DNA of 64,000 nt. It comes from Phyllosticta citribraziliensis. Lineage: Eukaryota. The stretch covers positions 806,001-870,000 of the forward strand of contig NW_027117338.1 of assembly GCF_038025025.1 (NCBI RefSeq). Direction: 5' to 3'. This document shows positions 35,620 through 48,413 of the stretch, piece by piece (position 1 is the first letter of the stretch; each line of letters opens with the position of its first letter). The position numbers and the translations under genes were made by a program. The notes under the pieces were generated by a model. That model searched no databases, was not told the DNA's origin, and saw nothing but the letters and a program-made list of their open reading frames with translations.

Positions 35620-36109
35620 GGTGGCTGTACCGTGAGCAGGTATTGGGACGTCGTCAACGGAGAAGTGGGTGCATTTGATGAGAGTGCGACGGAAGAGGGT
35701 TGCAGGTTGACAGTCTGAGCTTGAAGGTGGACGGTGGTGTCGTGGATTGGGGGTCTGGGTGCAGGGTGGGCGATGACAATCTTGGGGCGCAGGAGGTCGA
35801 GAAGGTCGACCGGGAAGGAGGTCTGTCACGGACGACAGGTGCCTGGCGCGCACCAGAAGGCAGGCACCCCCGTGCTCGCAGTGGGTGCACAGTGATACAG
35901 AGAGAAAAAAATACTCCCTGGGACTAGCTGCAGCGGTGGACGACAGCCCTCTACCACATTGAGCGCAAATCAACTGGAGTATCGGACGAATGCTCTCAAA
36001 GCGCTGCCACAGTGACAGGTGATCATGTGTTTGAGCAGCCACTGTGCCTCTTCCAAGCAGGTACCCGTCTGAACCCACAGCTGCAGAGGGACCTAGAACA
36101 CGACACCAG

Positions 36110-37958
36110 TCACTGCCCGTGAAGGCCATGCCCTTCGGTGGAGGCAACGGAGACCTCAGCAGCTTTCGCGCCCACTGGCCCCGACGGCTCACTGCTGTCG
36201 GAAATCCCCCTCTCCGCGTCGTATTCTCGCCAGAAGTCCTTCTTACCCTGCGCAGCCCTCAAAAGCCATGGAGGCAAAACACCACCCTCAAATTTCCACG
36301 TCCACGGATCCTTCTTTTCCAAGTCTGGCGGTGAAATGCGGCCACCCGATGCCTTGTCAATGGCCCACGCAAGCGGATTGAGGAGAATGTACGAGCATAT
36401 TCCAGCGATGAGCCCATAAGCGACCGAATACGTGAAAGGCATCAGCGCAATCGTCAGGAACGCCGGAACCGCGTCGCCCATATATCTCCAGTTGATGTCC
36501 TTGCAAGAGCTGGCCATGAGTACCCCGACAACGACTAGAGTGCATCCGGTTGCCCAAGGAGGGATCGAGGCAAATATTGGAGCGAAAAACACAGAGATGA
36601 AGAAACAAATGCCGCTGGTTATTGCGGTCAAACCGGTCTTGCCACCCTCGCTGATTCCGGCACCACTCTCGATAAAGGTAGTGACAGGAGTCAGACCGAA
36701 AAGCGCACTGAAAGAGATTGCAAAGGCGTCTACCAGGAAAGCGACGGCGCTACCCTCGAAATCCTGGGTGACCGGGTCGATAATGTCGCAGAAGCGAGCC
36801 ATGGAGTAGAGGACAGCGGTGGCATCCAACACAGCGACATAGAGGAAGGTGATGAACATGACGCCAAATTCGGTCCCGTAGCCGGCAATGTCCCACTGGA
36901 GAGCGTTTAGGGTGTGTTTGATTGGATGGAAAGCCACCACCTGTTTGAAGAAGTCGAATGCTGCCTCTCCAACTTGGGTATAAGGAAAGTAGGTCACTGG
37001 AGTGCCCCTGGGCCAGCTGATAATGGCCACCAACAGGATCCCCATGATGATGGCGCCTCGGACTCGAAACATCATCAGAAAAGTGGTAAGCATGCCCCCG
37101 CAGAATATCCCAATCCACATGGTCGGAGAGCGCATTTTTTGAGCACTTGGGCAGAGACCTGTGTTTGGATCCAAGTACTCGGGCTTGCATCCAGCGATCT
37201 CTGTGGGCGTCTCCCGCGCTCCAGTGATTAGACCGATGCCACTCGAATAGGTCAGCCCAATGACCGTCAGGTAGAGGCCAATGCCAGGGCATATTCCCTG
37301 CTTGATGCAGAGAGGCATCGCACGGGCCAGCCATTGTCGAAGTCCAAGTATGGTCAGACCTACAAACACCAACCCCTCGACGAAGACGACGGTCAAAGCT
37401 AACTCGTAAGGTAGATGACCTGAGCCATGGTAGCCCACGACGCTGAAGGTGAAGAATGCGTTCATCTGATGTGGTCAGCATGTCCTTCTCATCGGAAGAT
37501 GCTTCAAGGCTTTCGTACGCCCATTCCTGGAGCCAAAACAATTGGTATGTTCGCAAAAAGACCCATACAGAAGCTCGTCAGAGCCGAGATGGCCGCAGTA
37601 GCGGTAACCAAATCGCGACGAATTTCCTGTACACAGAGCATGTATTCCACGTTGCTATCGCACAGATCATGTTTGCCTTCCGGCGGGCAAACACATGTCC
37701 CGCCCGTCTGGGATACTATGTTCGCATTGACAGACAGGATATAGGCTGTTGCAAAAAAGCTCGCAGCGCCAGCCCGGACTTCGGTAAAAAAGCGCGATCC
37801 CTTGCGTTCCCTGACCTATTCAACCCGTCAGACCAAGACCTGGAACCGGACTCGGATTCGCATGGACTTACATGGCCACTGTTTTCCAGCCGGAAATACT
37901 CTCCAATGCGGCTTTGAGCAACCCGGAGATTGGTTCGATTGATCAAGTCCATGGCCAT
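36110..37958 (-). CDS. AzgA-like nucleobase (purine) permease, NCS2 superfamily
   Basis: FFTEVRAG..FFATAYILSVN, LAPGMGMNAFF, TFIESGAGISEGGKTGLT, FASIPPWATG, PAFLTIALMPFTYS. Introns 37816-37871 and 37466-37518. Confidence 0.92.
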
Positions 37959-39092
37959 CGTTGCGAGGCCCTCCTTCGGCTAGTCCGGCGCTTAAACGGC
38001 TGATGCTTTTCCGCTCTTCAACCTCCTCACAACGGTCAGGTGGACCTCCTGAGCCCTCGATGTGGAGTAAGGACGTTTGGCTGCTTGAGCTGACGAAGAG
38101 CACTCGTGTCTTGTTCTGGCGAAAACTCCAACGACCCACACGCCGAGACATCACCACTGCAGAAAGTGGGTTAAAGACCGGGCCTCGCTAGTGCTGGCTC
38201 CCGCGCCAACCTAAAAGCCATTGCCGGTCACCGGTATGGGGAAGATACCGCCTGTGATCCTGCAGCAGAGCATTTTGACGTGGGGTGCATGCGCCAAGGG
38301 CAAAGCGGCGCGAAGCGGTGCGAAGCGAGCAGGCCACAGAGCCGTTTAGGCATTCAGCCGACGACTTTTTGATGGTACAAAGGATCCACAACAGAACATC
38401 TGATGATGAATCCTAACATCCCACGACTATATTCATGGTTGTCCGACGCTCTGGTTGGTTGGCTAGTCTGCATCGACTTGCGGTTAGGCGGCTGATGCGT
38501 ATGATCTGCAGATGATCGACGACAAGGAACAAGTGCTGAAGGGCGTCATGACTGGAATTGTGACCGTCGTTTCCTGTGGAGTTGTCGCAGAGGAAGTTCC
38601 GAGCCCTTTTGGATGAACCAGACATGAGACCAACGCCTGGTAGCAAAAGTCATGGCACAATCAACCTCCCAATCACTACACTCGGCGCTTGAATGCTCCC
38701 TGTTAGTCGTCAGTTACAGCGTATGGACGCTCTACATCAGTCGTCGGTTGGAGTAAATGAACGCTCCTTGATTGGCGAGACTGATTCTCTGCTCTTGTTG
38801 TGCGTGCCACGACTTTTGTAACCAACAAGCCTTGGACCTTACTGACGTGGGGCTGAGGATTGCCCCACCAAACAGCAGGGCCTCGATCGACCACTCACTT
38901 GGAAACTATTTCGCGGGAGCGACGTCGGATTCGGGTCATTACTTCCCCTTCTCCCACTACATATATATTCAACCTGTAGGCGCGCAAGCCGCCTTTCTGG
39001 CAGTTTTAAATCAAGAACACGGCGGAGAATGGGCGGCTATCGTCTTGATCTACATCCCTTTGCACCTTCAAACTCCAGACATCTAGAGCTTG

Positions 39093-40343
39093 ATGCGCCA
39101 GTTTCTCCAGACTGCCTTTCCTGCGATTAAGACGACCATCAGAATGGTCAGCTCCAAGAAGAATGGCCTTAATGGCAGCACCAAATTGGTTCCACCAAGG
39201 GCCTTTAGCGCAGACGAGCAGCCGTCCCTGGAAGGCTTTGCGGCACTTTGCGAGCAAAACATCAGCAAACAAAGCTACCCGCTGTCCAGTTCTGTTGAGA
39301 AGAACATTCCAAGCTACGACCTGCTCTCCCATTCACTCGATGACGCAAAGAGCATCAGCCGCCTCCAGGATGAATGGAACCACGTTCTGCTTTCCGGACC
39401 CGGAGTCTTTGTCGTCAAGAACCTCTACACATCCAAAAGCTTAATCGAGGCGGTCAACCAAGTCTACAACAAAATCATCGCCTCCGAAGCCAGCTCGACC
39501 AAGGGCGACCACTTTGCAACCTCAACCGCCAACTCGCGCATCTGGAACTCCTTCTCCAAGCACGGCCTGGCAGACCCGACCACGTTCGCCGAGTACTTCT
39601 CGAACCCATGGCTTGCGCACATATGCGCCGCGTGGCTGGGCCCTGCCTACCGCATCACAACCCAAGTCAACATTGTGCGGCCAGGAGGCAAGCCGCAAGT
39701 CGCACACCGTGACTACCACCTCGGGTTCCAGACGACCGACGCCGTCGCCGCGTTCCCTCGCGCCATGCACGTCGCCAGTCAACTGCTAACGTTGCAGGGC
39801 GCCGTCGCGCACAGCGACATGCCTCTGGCCAGCGGTCCGACCCGGTTCTTGCCCTTCAGCCAGCAGTTTGCGCCCGGCTTCGTCGCGTACCGGCGCCCCG
39901 AGTTCGTCGAGTACTTTGACGGCCGCTGGGTCAGCTTGCCGCTGGAGACGGGCGACGGCGTTTTCTTCAACCCGGCGCTCTTCCACGCCGCGGGCGAGAA
40001 CCAGACCGCGGACGTTCAGCGTAGCGCCAATCTGATCCAGGTCAGCTCGGCGTTCGGCAAGACCATGGAGACGGTCGACTCGCTGCCGTTGGTGGAGAGG
40101 TGCTGGGACGCCATGAGCAGCCTGGCCAAGGAGAAGGGAATCGGGGATGAGGCAAAGGCTCTGGTTGCCGCCGTCGGCGAAGGATACCCTTTCCCAACGA
40201 ACTTGGATGCCAGACCTCCTGCGCCTGGCGGCATGGCGCCTGAGAGTGAGCAGGATCTGTTGATGCGGGGTCTTGAAGAGGGATGGAGTACGGCGAAGGT
40301 TGTGAGCGAACTGAAGCAGATGAAGGAAGATTCTAGGGCTTGA
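39093..40343 (+). CDS. Phytanoyl-CoA dioxygenase (PhyH)-like Fe(II)/2-oxoglutarate dioxygenase
   Basis: HRD (HxD) in QVAHRDYHLGF, distal His in ALFHAAGEN, SGPT motif. Intronless; TATATAT about 130 nt upstream. Confidence 0.85.
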   Translation: MRQFLQTAFPAIKTTIRMVSSKKNGLNGSTKLVPPRAFSADEQPSLEGFAALCEQNISKQSYPLSSSVEKNIPSYDLLSHSLDDAKSISRLQDEWNHVLLSGPGVFVVKNLYTSKSLIEAVNQVYNKIIASEASSTKGDHFATSTANSRIWNSFSKHGLADPTTFAEYFSNPWLAHICAAWLGPAYRITTQVNIVRPGGKPQVAHRDYHLGFQTTDAVAAFPRAMHVASQLLTLQGAVAHSDMPLASGPTRFLPFSQQFAPGFVAYRRPEFVEYFDGRWVSLPLETGDGVFFNPALFHAAGENQTADVQRSANLIQVSSAFGKTMETVDSLPLVERCWDAMSSLAKEKGIGDEAKALVAAVGEGYPFPTNLDARPPAPGGMAPESEQDLLMRGLEEGWSTAKVVSELKQMKEDSRA

Positions 40344-41580
40344 ATTAAACGCGCACCCATCTCGTAGCTGGGTATCGTGGTCAGTTCTCTTGGCATGTTG
40401 CTTGTGTTGCTTGACTTGGCTAAGCAAGTCACCTAAGCAACGGGGGCCGTCTGCCCAGAAAATGTCTACTGGGTTCTGTATGTTTAAATGACAGCAAATT
40501 GATGCAACATCACGATCTGCACATGGACGCAAAAGACGTCCGTTCTTTGATTGCCCATGCAGAGATATGAATTAACAATGACCACTCGTCCACACAACGG
40601 CGTTTGGCTAGGATCAGGACCAAACGGTTGCTCGCCAAGTGCCAGCCATAGGGAAAATTGTGAGAGGAGGTGGAGACAGGCAAGAAGAATCGATGCTTCT
40701 CCAGGATTGGTGGATGGAAAGTGCTCAAGCTTTCTCATGAGAAAAGGCCGGGACCATCCAACCGCCTACGTACTCTCTGGATCATGGTCGGGGGTCTTGC
40801 TTCGGAAGAGTGATTGATGAACGGCAAAATGGACCATCTAAGAGACAGCCCGGAAGCGAACGTGAACACAATCAAAACCTTCCGTTCTTCCATACTCCGA
40901 AAGCGCGAATTGTGAAAGGCGCTGCAAAAGATGCCCCATACGCCACAACAGCGCAAGACGGATCATGCCCTGAAGCCATCGGTCCATGCGCAACGAGGAC
41001 ACCACGAAACACCGCTACTGCTGCTGCCGAAAATGCGTCATTCTCCAGCCTGTGTCAGTACAACAGTTGTAGCTTGCAGAAGGGGTTTGCGAGGAGCCAA
41101 GTGGGACACGACCGAAGGCTGGCTCAAAGCTCTTGGCTGCTTGATTGGTTCACATGGCTTGACATGAGGTTGAGCGACAGGTTAGCCGCTCAAAGTGGCA
41201 GGTATCAACCGTCCAACCGTCTTGCGAGTTGCACAGTGGACCAATCCAGCTAAAAGGCGGAGTGAGTGCAGCAAAGGTCCTGTTTGTTGACGAGGGGTCC
41301 GCAAACTCTATATAAGGCGTTTCTTGCCTCGCGCTTTTTCTTTTGGCTGCCTGATGCAACGCGCATCTGAAGTTCCAAGGACAGGGTAGCAAACTGTCCC
41401 GCCACTGCCGTTCAAATACGGCCAATGCCGATGCACGTCGCTGAAGCTTCTCTCAAGCAACGCGGTTGACTTCGTATCACCACCTTGGTTCGCGGTGCGT
41501 TCCTGGCATCGCATCGCTTTCGCATCCACCCGACTCAGACCAACTGGACCCCTTAGGTCCCACCTTGACGTCATTGCACC

Positions 41581-42549
41581 ATGATGTCCCCCGGCCCTGG
41601 TGCAGCTCACCTCTCCTCCACCGAGCAATGGTGGCGCCCACGCACCTTTAACACCAACTACGTGTGCGCCGCCGAAAACTACTCGCCGCGCGCTTTTGCC
41701 GCCTGCTGCGACGGGCCCGTCACCAACTCGGTCGTGCCCATCGAGGCCAAAGCCGCCGTGTCGCCCGGCGGCGTGTGCGCGGCATACTGCTACGTCGATG
41801 ACATGCGCATGGCCTCGAATGAGCGCAACCCCCGCGGCTACAGCGACTATTACACGTGTCTGGTGGAGATGAGCGGCAAGCATGGCCGCAGCGGGCTGAA
41901 GACTGTGCATGGCGAGTGGATCGCGCTCAATGGCGACCGAGACTCGACTGAGGGCGAGGATGCTGGCGCGAGACACGGCGACAACCACAAGCACCAGAGC
42001 CCCACCCCCGTCCCTGTGGCTTTCGACCTCGACTCGGACACGGGCGAGCTCATTTTCCCGTCATCCTACGCCGAAGACGAAGAAGAAGACGAACTGCGCA
42101 AGCGTTCAACAACCGACGAGACGCTCGCACCCGCCGCTGACTTTGGAAGCAGCAACAAGCAAAAGACGGAAGATCCGTCGGACGTCAAGCTGGACCCCAA
42201 ACTCGCCAACCCAGACGACGCGGCGCAAAACAACCAGACGATCGCTCCGGACCGGCCGCTGTCCTACAGCACGACATCGACGCCGCTCGCCAACTCGACC
42301 AGTGCTACGCCGACCATTGAGACCGGCTTCACCATTGCGCCTGGCCCGACGGGTGGCGTGAATACCACGTCGACTCTGCCAACGCAGACGGGCACTGAGA
42401 CGGAGGCGCCAAATGCGGGCCAGCCTACAAGCACAAGTGCCGCGGCGGCTACTGCTGGGCGTCTGAAGCACAACAGTGGCGCGTGGGGGGCGGGGAAATG
42501 GGGATGCGTCGTTGCTGCTTTGGTTGGAGGATGGGCTGCGGTGTGGTGA
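41581..42549 (+). CDS. Cys-rich, Ser/Thr-rich protein with C-terminal GPI-like hydrophobic signal
   Basis: Coding-type codon bias. C..CC..C.AYC..CL cysteine pattern, S/T/P stalk, C-terminus NSGAWGAGKWGCVVAALVGGWAAVW. TATATAA at ~41309. Confidence 0.7.
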   Translation: MMSPGPGAAHLSSTEQWWRPRTFNTNYVCAAENYSPRAFAACCDGPVTNSVVPIEAKAAVSPGGVCAAYCYVDDMRMASNERNPRGYSDYYTCLVEMSGKHGRSGLKTVHGEWIALNGDRDSTEGEDAGARHGDNHKHQSPTPVPVAFDLDSDTGELIFPSSYAEDEEEDELRKRSTTDETLAPAADFGSSNKQKTEDPSDVKLDPKLANPDDAAQNNQTIAPDRPLSYSTTSTPLANSTSATPTIETGFTIAPGPTGGVNTTSTLPTQTGTETEAPNAGQPTSTSAAAATAGRLKHNSGAWGAGKWGCVVAALVGGWAAVW

Positions 42550-42811
42550 GACTTGCCAACTTATGTGTGTTGAGAGTGACTGAATGAGTAGATCTTGGAC
42601 GGCTGTGGATGCCACTTTTGATCGCACAAGGCTAAAATCTGGCGTAATGCCCTTCACGACTTGGTCGAGATGGAGGAACTGGATTGGAGTTGGATGCATG
42701 AGCGGGCATGTCTGTCTTGTTCCTGTTCAAATTCAGCAGCGATGATTGATTACTAGTAGCTCAAACCCCAAAACATCGATACAACTTCCCCAGATGATTC
42801 TTGACGAGTGA

Positions 42812-44216
42812 CTACGCCCTCCCACTCGCCTCGTACGCCGCCTTCTCGCACGCAAACCACGACCCTAGCACATCAGCGTCGGCAAAAGGAAGCGTCTGGC
42901 TCGCAATCATGCCAGCGATGCCCTTCTCCCTATCAACCCAGTAGAACAAATTCGCAAGTCCGGCCCAGTTGCCCGTGCAGCGGCCCCTCCAAGTCTTGGA
43001 CTTGCCGTCCAAATTCGTCAGCATGAACGTGAGGCCCCAGCCCTGGGGCGGGTTGCCCGGTATGGGGTACAGCTCCGAGATGGGGTTGGTCAGCATGGGC
43101 ATAGCGTCGGGGACGCCGCCGCGGGCGAAGTCGGGTTGCGAGGGAATGCTGTTGGTGAACATGGCGTCGACGGTGCTAGGCGATAGGATCTGGGCGCCCG
43201 TTTTGGGCGATGTGCCGTTGTTCAGCAGTGTCGCGAGGATTTCTGTGCGAGATTGGTGAGCACAGAAGGCACATATTGCAAGTAGGAGGTGTACAACTTA
43301 CGGCAGTACTCAATTGGCTTTGCGAAGCAGCCTGCGCCTCCCGAGTTGAAAATGCGCGCGCGCTCCTCGGGGGTGCGCGCCGTCATGCTGCGTCTCAGGA
43401 GGTGGTTTCTTTGGAACAGAGATCCGTCGGGATACTTTTGCTGCATGATGGCCAGATTCTTCTTCATTTCATCCGTTGGAAACATGCTGACATTCTTCAA
43501 ACCCAGTGGCTCGAAGATGTGGTTGTGGAAATAGTCGTTCAAGGTCAGTCCGGAAAGGCGCTCGACGGCGAGACCGGCCCAATCAATGTTGGTCTGTGAG
43601 GGTGTCAATTCTCCGTCTGAGTTGGGAAACCTCGAGGACGTACACCGTACTCCCACAAATCTCCTGGCTGGTTCACCAATGGGACGTCCAGAATGTCGCT
43701 TGCGTCGCCCGAGAACTCGTCGATGCCGGCAGGGTAGCCATAATCTCTCACGCGAGGGTCAAAAAAGGCGTATCCAAACCCAGCAGTGTGGTCGAGCAGC
43801 ATGCGTAGAGTGATTTCGCGCTTCTTGTCCACCAGCTTGCCATTTTCGAGCACCTTCTTCTCCTTGAGCTCAGGTACAGCCGCGTACAGGGAATCAGAGT
43901 CGTCCAGGGAAATTTTTCCTTGTTCAACTAGCTGCATGCAGGCGATGCCAGTGATGAGCTTGGTGCAACTCGCAATCCAGAACACGGTATCCAAGTCCAT
44001 AGAGTCATTGCTGTCTTTTCCGCGTTTTCCAGCGCAATGATGGCTCAAAAGGTCGCCAGATTTGTCAACAGCGACGAAGACCATGCCGGCAACCGATCCT
44101 TTGGCAATTGTGCCATCGAGAGTGTTGGCGATGACTTCTGTCGGCTGAGCGCTTGTAGGCATGTTTGGACGTGTGTTGTGCGATAGGAGAAGTTTTAATC
44201 GATTGATAACTGTCAT
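42812..44216 (-). CDS. Beta-lactamase-fold serine hydrolase (LovD/class C esterase-like)
   Basis: WIASCTK (SxxK), LLDHTAG, WEYGTNIDWAG, WAGLANLFYWVD. Introns 43594-43643 and 43243-43301. The start may be ATG 44162. Confidence 0.9.
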
Positions 44217-44822
44217 AGTGCTAGAAAAACGTGCGGTTCAGCTTTGGCTAAATTGCCCTGCAAATTGGAAGCTGACTGCCTAGGCCCAATGCTGCTCGAA
44301 CAGAGCACACATATACCCCGCCGTCGTTTCTCCACGCCTAGTGGGGTTGCCAAGCGGGGTTTTGGCGGAAAGCTTCATCGCTCTTCGTGAGCTTTGAATG
44401 GCGCAAAGCTCCTTCAGACCGAGGGTAGGTTCGTCCAAGCAGGGAACTCCTCGTGGGCTTCTGCAAGCGGGGTAGGGCTGAGTCTGGCACGACGCTGGCG
44501 GTCACCAAACCACCCGCGAGAGTGCCGTCGCTTCCCCCTTTTTTATTAGAGCCCGGTTGGAGTACACGATTCGGGTTCGGAAGCTTTTTGTGCTCGGTCT
44601 ATCTGACTCGCACACCGACTGAGAAGTGGTAGTGTAGTACTGAGCACGGGCACATTCCGTAATCCCGAATCCGCTGCAGCCAGCGCCTTCAATTTCCGTT
44701 GGAGCGGATGCAAGGCTCTGTGAAAGCGCACCGAATTAAAAGACCGCCTGGGACCTTGGCGTCACGGCTGAGTATCGCGGGACTCTCGCAGTTCAAGGGA
44801 CTTGTTGATGGCTCTTCGCGCA

Positions 44823-46565
44823 TCAAGAAGCCTTGGACATGCGTCTCGCACTGATCTTCTTTACCTCCTTTAATGCTGCCATCACGAGAGGCACAGCAAC
44901 TGGTCCCAACAATGGGAGATATACAGCAACTTTGTGCTCGTCGGGAAAATACACCTGTCCGACCATGGAGCGCTCGAAAAAGGCCTTTTCTGCGCCGGCT
45001 TCAGCGACCCGAGCATGCTCCAAGGCACTGTGAAATCTCCCTTCGCGGAGATCGTCACATGCCGCTTGTAGGTGAGAAATCGTTTGGTCGACAGAGGAGG
45101 CGACATTGTCCGGAATTGCTATACCAGGAAGCGCTTGTGTAAGACGAGCCAGAGAACCAAGGGTGGAAGAAGCGGAGAAGAGGAGAGACGCAGCATGAAT
45201 GCGTGTCAGCGTCGAAATGCGCAGCGGTAGCGAATCTGGCGTCTGCGGTACACCCAGCAGAGAGAGCAGCTGGTTGGAAAACGTGAGCATGGCCGGCCGC
45301 AGTGCCTCTTTGGTCAGCGCAGGAGGGTTGGAGGAGGGGCTGGCAGGATTCTGGATCAGCACTCCCCCCCATTGAGGGACCAGCCAACTATGGCCGCCAT
45401 TCTCCTTTACCACCAAGGGGCTCTGACTTTCCGCAGGAACATAAAGCACAAAATTCACAGTAGGTCCCATGCCAATGCTAGGACTCAGAGGCCATTCCGC
45501 TGCGTTGATGAAGCCACTGAGATCCTCTCTTCGCAAAGTCCACGCACGTCTCTCCTCATCGAAATCCGGCTTGTGAATCGAAGGCGCAAAAGTGGCATAC
45601 AGTTGGACCTGTGTATCGACCGTGAAGTTGCTGATGGGCGACAGCGAGTGAAGTAAAGGCGCGATGTACTCCTCCAGCGCGGCCCCAATATCCCAGGCTG
45701 AGGGAGCTGATCCAGGAGTAAAAAGCGAGAATGTCAAGTGATACGTAGGAGCGTACTTGAAAGATCGTGTCTTTTGGCGTTCCATCGCAGCAGCCGTCTC
45801 CGGAGGGAGAGACTTTACACGCGCCATTTGACCATTACTACTGCTCGAAAGCAAGTATGCCAATGCCGCCTGCTCCTCGGCGAATATGTTCTGCAACTCG
45901 TTTGCGATGAATGTGGCCAGAGGAGACGATGTAGATGACGGAGAGGGTATCTGATTCGGCGCGTAGTATATGTCGAGGTTCGGCGCGTATTTTTGAAGCT
46001 CGGCTCGCGGAGTTGCGCCATCGTGAGCTGGAATCAGCGAAATGGTCAACGCGATGTCTGCTTCTCCCTGTAGTTGCCCATCGTCGTAGTCTATTTGTCC
46101 ATTGCTTCCCGAGGAGTTACGTTTCGAAGGGTTCGCCAGCAAGAGGCGGAGATGGTGGGCCGAAAAGTCGTTGAGATCATCGAGTGCATGCTGTGTGGTT
46201 CTCAAGAGATGTCGCGCATCTGCGGAAGGTAATGTAGGAGCGTCGATAGCTATGCGCAGTGGGAAGACAGGACGACAGGCCTACGCGAGAGAATGAGCTC
46301 CTATTCAGGCTGAGCAAAGCGTTCTGTTTACCTTGCCATCAGACCAATCGAACATGGATTGAAGAGGCAGTTGGGCACGGTAAATTGTTGTCGTTTTCCA
46401 CCATAATGGTAAGCCTAGAAAGATGACGATGGCCCAGAAGGAGGAGATGACAAGTCGCCGTGTGGTGATGCTCTTGGTGGTTTCTGGGGGGGGCGATCGA
46501 GGTTTGTCAATGGCTTCTACCGCGCCATTTGGTGACTTGGCATGGTCCTCGACCACGTCAGCCAT
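44823..46565 (-). CDS. GPI17: GPI transamidase subunit PIG-S / Gpi17
   Basis: N-terminal TM followed by GLPLWWKTTTIYRAQLP; WLVPQWGGV; C-terminal MVGQVYFPDEHKVAVYLPLLGP. Intron 46281-46331. Confidence 0.92.
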
Positions 46566-48413
46566 GATGATGTCGAATGTAGGTGTGTACCTGGCTTGGA
46601 AGAAACAGGCAGGGTTGGGAGCGCGTCGCCGTCGCGGCTCCGCTTGCACCTCTGGGGCCAAGATCGGGGCGAGCCGACATGCCGACTGCGCACAGACTCG
46701 CACGTCGTCCACCTGGCAGTCCCTCCCTCCCGTCGTCCTTCCTGCAGACTCGGACTTCTTCTCACACTTGCATCAGCCATTCTCTTCCAATTCTCCAAAT
46801 TTCGATTGTCAAGATACGGTTATCGCCTGTGTCAGTCATTCTCAGCTGCTGGCTTATTCTTGTGTCACACTCCGAGCTGGACATCGTCCAAATCAGCTAC
46901 AGAGCCCAAGCAATGCAACGGGCCATCCTGGACCAGATTCTCTATCTGGCCTCAGCTATCCAGGGGCGCCACCTTCCTACTACGCGGGTAGGTTCTCGAG
47001 GTTTCGTCCTGGGAACTCGTGGATCTCGCCGCCACCCGGTTTGAGCGAACTTTTTCTGCAAGCCATGCCGCCAGACCGCAATTACGCTATTCTCCCAAGG
47101 GCCGCAGTGATTCTACCTGTAGCTACGAGGCTTTTGAACACGACTCTTCGTCAGTACCCCACTGCGTCGTCGGCAGACAGATCCGAATAAGCGCGCAGTG
47201 GCGCCAAGGGATGTCCGCACTATTGTCAAGGAACCATCGGATCCCTGCGGATATGGTCGAGTCCTGATTTCAACGCACGCCTACTCCTATTTCCGAGCAA
47301 TGTTTCTTGGGTCTGTCGTACCTGGTCAGCATGGCCATCCATTGGCCGTCAGGCCCTCAAAGTGCAAGCCCAAAAAACTACTCTTTGTTCCAGAGAGAAG
47401 CTGCGATTTCCATATTTTCCGCGGCTGGCCGAGCTTGTGCTGTGGCTCCAACAGAGGTTGATCTGCGATTCGCGGCTGGAGACTTGGAACCGGCGATTAA
47501 AAGTTCCACGACTAAGGCACGGCTCTACGTCGCAAGCTTTGGCTTCTGCTTTTGCTATCAAGTCTCAGCAAAGGCCTGCATAGGAGCCAAAGCTGCGGAT
47601 CCAGGACACTGACTACAGGATGGCGCCATGTGGAAACCGCGATCTTGGAATTTTCTAGAAACTTTATGAGGCTTCTATTATCCAGTAACGACACTTCCAT
47701 TGTCTCGCAGAGTCCGTCATAAATCCAAACACTAATCCGCGCGCAAATCTTTCGCTTTCTTTGAATTGCGGCCGACTGAACATGGTGTTGCTAAAAGTCG
47801 GTTCCCAAACAATGGCATTTCTCACGTTTGCCCACTTCTCAAGTGGTTCGGCTCGAATGTAGATCGCCCCACTCGTCGCTGATTCGACCACGATGGGATT
47901 GGCTTCCCTTCTGCACGGATCGCAAAGATGGTATGACATGATGGTAGACTGCTTCCACAAGCTGCGACTGTCTACCTGGCGAAATTGACGATTGCGATTT
48001 CACCTGACGCGTATAGTGGACATTCCAGCGAAGTTCAGCACAATGAGAGGTTTGCGAAACGGTCTTGGACATGTTCTGGCCCAAATCGCGAATCCCCGCG
48101 CTGCGCTTGACCGCTTAGTGAGCCCTGAGTTTGGATCACCAGAGCGAATTCGCGACGGAGTTCCAACTATTGTCGAGACCCACCTACGTTGCTTTGCCTC
48201 AGTCTAGGGATATGGAGCGAGCATGTTTACGATGATCCAAGCGGCGTTGGTTCGGGGTATATTTCTCTCTTCTCTCAGACCCGTCCGCTTGAACTCTAGT
48301 TGGTCAGCCCTTTGTCTTTATTTGATTTATCTGCACTGCAGGTGTTGTCAGCTGGATCAATCATTTCAGCTGTTGCGGAAGTCGGCCTTCTTGGCTTCGG
48401 AGAAGACAGAGAT

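Noticed and set aside
35620..36192. N-terminal 190 aa of ORF 34210..36192
   Set aside because: Non-ATG start overlapping the end of the AzgA gene, with a UTR-like composition; the ATG at 35619 has a good context.
29676..44216. Extended secondary-metabolite cluster linking DUF3328 with the PhyH dioxygenase and LovD-like esterase
   Set aside because: No PKS, NRPS, terpene synthase, tyrosinase or cluster transcription factor in the window, and unrelated genes intervene. Only the KEP-DUF3328 pair is tightly linked.
47500..48090. Overlapping short minus-strand ORFs that look vaguely protein-like
   Set aside because: I could not assemble a consistent exon structure or recognise a family.
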